Of a stretch of DNA of 64,000 bases, positions 63,155-64,000 are shown piece by piece. Source of the stretch: Vicugna vicugna (taxonomy: Eukaryota); the NCBI GenBank assembly GCA_013265495.1, contig MU058636.1, positions 806,001 through 870,000 of the forward strand. Direction: 5' to 3'. Each line of letters starts with the position of its first letter. The first letter of the stretch is position 1. The translations under genes were made by a program, and so were the position numbers. A model generated the notes under the pieces. It ran no database searches. It was not told the DNA's origin and saw nothing but the letters and a program-made list of their open reading frames with translations.

Positions 63155-64000
63155 AAAACACAGACAACTAGCAGAATGAGAGAAAATATTTGTAAATCAT
63201 ACATCTGATAAGGGGTTAATATCTAGACTACATAAAGGATTACAGCTCAGCAGCAACAAAAAAATCCAATTCAGAAATAGACAAAGGACTTGAGTAGACA
63301 TTTCTCCAAAGAAGATGCACAGGTGATCAATAAGCACATGAAAAGAGGCTTAACGTCCTTAGTCATTAGGGAATTGCAAATCAAAACCACAGCTTATGGT
63401 TTTGAGATACCACATCATACCGATTAGGATGTGGCTATTATAAAATTTTTTTAAAAAGGAAAATAAATGGTGGTGAAGGTGTGGAGACACTGGAGCCCTC
63501 ATGCATTGCTGATGGGAATGTGAACTGGTACAACTGCTGTGAAAACCAGTTTGGTGGTTCCTCCAAGACTTAAAGATAGCATTGTCACATGATCCAGCAA
63601 TTCCACTCCTAGGTACTTACCCAAAGAATTGAAAGCAGGAGCTCGGGTACCTGTACACCAATGTTCACAGCAGCCAAAATGTGGAATGGAAACGACCAGT
63701 GTCCATTAGCTGACGATGGGTGAACAACGTGTGGTTTATATGTGCAATAGAATGTATTCAGCCATTAAAAGGAAGGAGATTCTGACACAGGCCACGACGT
63801 GGATGAACCTTAAAGATGTTATGCTAAGTGAAATAAGCCAGACACAAAAGATGAATATTGTATGATCCTGCTTATTTGAGGTCCCTAGAAGAGGCAAATT
63901 CAGAGAGGCAGAAAGTAGAACAGTCCCAGGGGCTGAAGGGGAAAGGAAGATGGGGAGTTACTGTTTAATAACAGAGTCTCTGTTCAGGGTGGTGAAGAAG
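63155..64000 (+). mobile_element. L1M ORF2 end / 3'UTR (continues past the window)
   Basis: Contains gagaaaatatttgtaaatcatacatctgataagggg...aaatcaaaaccaca...gatccagcaattccactcctagg...tatgctaagtgaaataagccagacacaaaa. Confidence 0.92.

Overview
This is mammalian genomic DNA, very likely from a camelid, because it carries three copies of a tRNA-Ala-derived SINE matching the camelid vic-1 family. It holds the divergently oriented 5' ends of two genes. RNF6 (RING E3 ligase, minus strand) has a CpG-island promoter at ~4.1-5.4 kb, a non-coding exon at 3975-4057 and coding exons at 2230-2422 and 1258-1353; its last exon lies left of the window. CDK8 (Mediator kinase, plus strand) has a CpG island at ~19.4-20.6 kb, coding exon 1 at 20216-20343, a 34.4 kb intron 1 and exon 2 at 54711-54786; later exons lie right of the window. 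The rest is intronic or intergenic and full of decayed transposons: L1, L2, MIR, MaLR/ERVL LTRs, an ERVL dUTPase remnant with its LTR, an ERV1 RT-integrase remnant, and Tigger and Charlie elements. There is one 261-nt N gap inside a minisatellite. Almost all of the supplied ORF track is spurious, and I found no wholly new multi-gene system. The best leads are regulatory and evolutionary. They are an RNF6 5'UTR exon packed with uORFs whose first AUG context depends on which first exon is spliced to it, a CDK8 uORF in frame with the kinase, a promoter motif shared by both genes, and local AT-to-GC-shifted patches suggesting GC-biased gene conversion. Repeat family names come from remembered consensus sequences, not from a search, and repeat boundaries are approximate unless target-site duplications (TSDs) are given.
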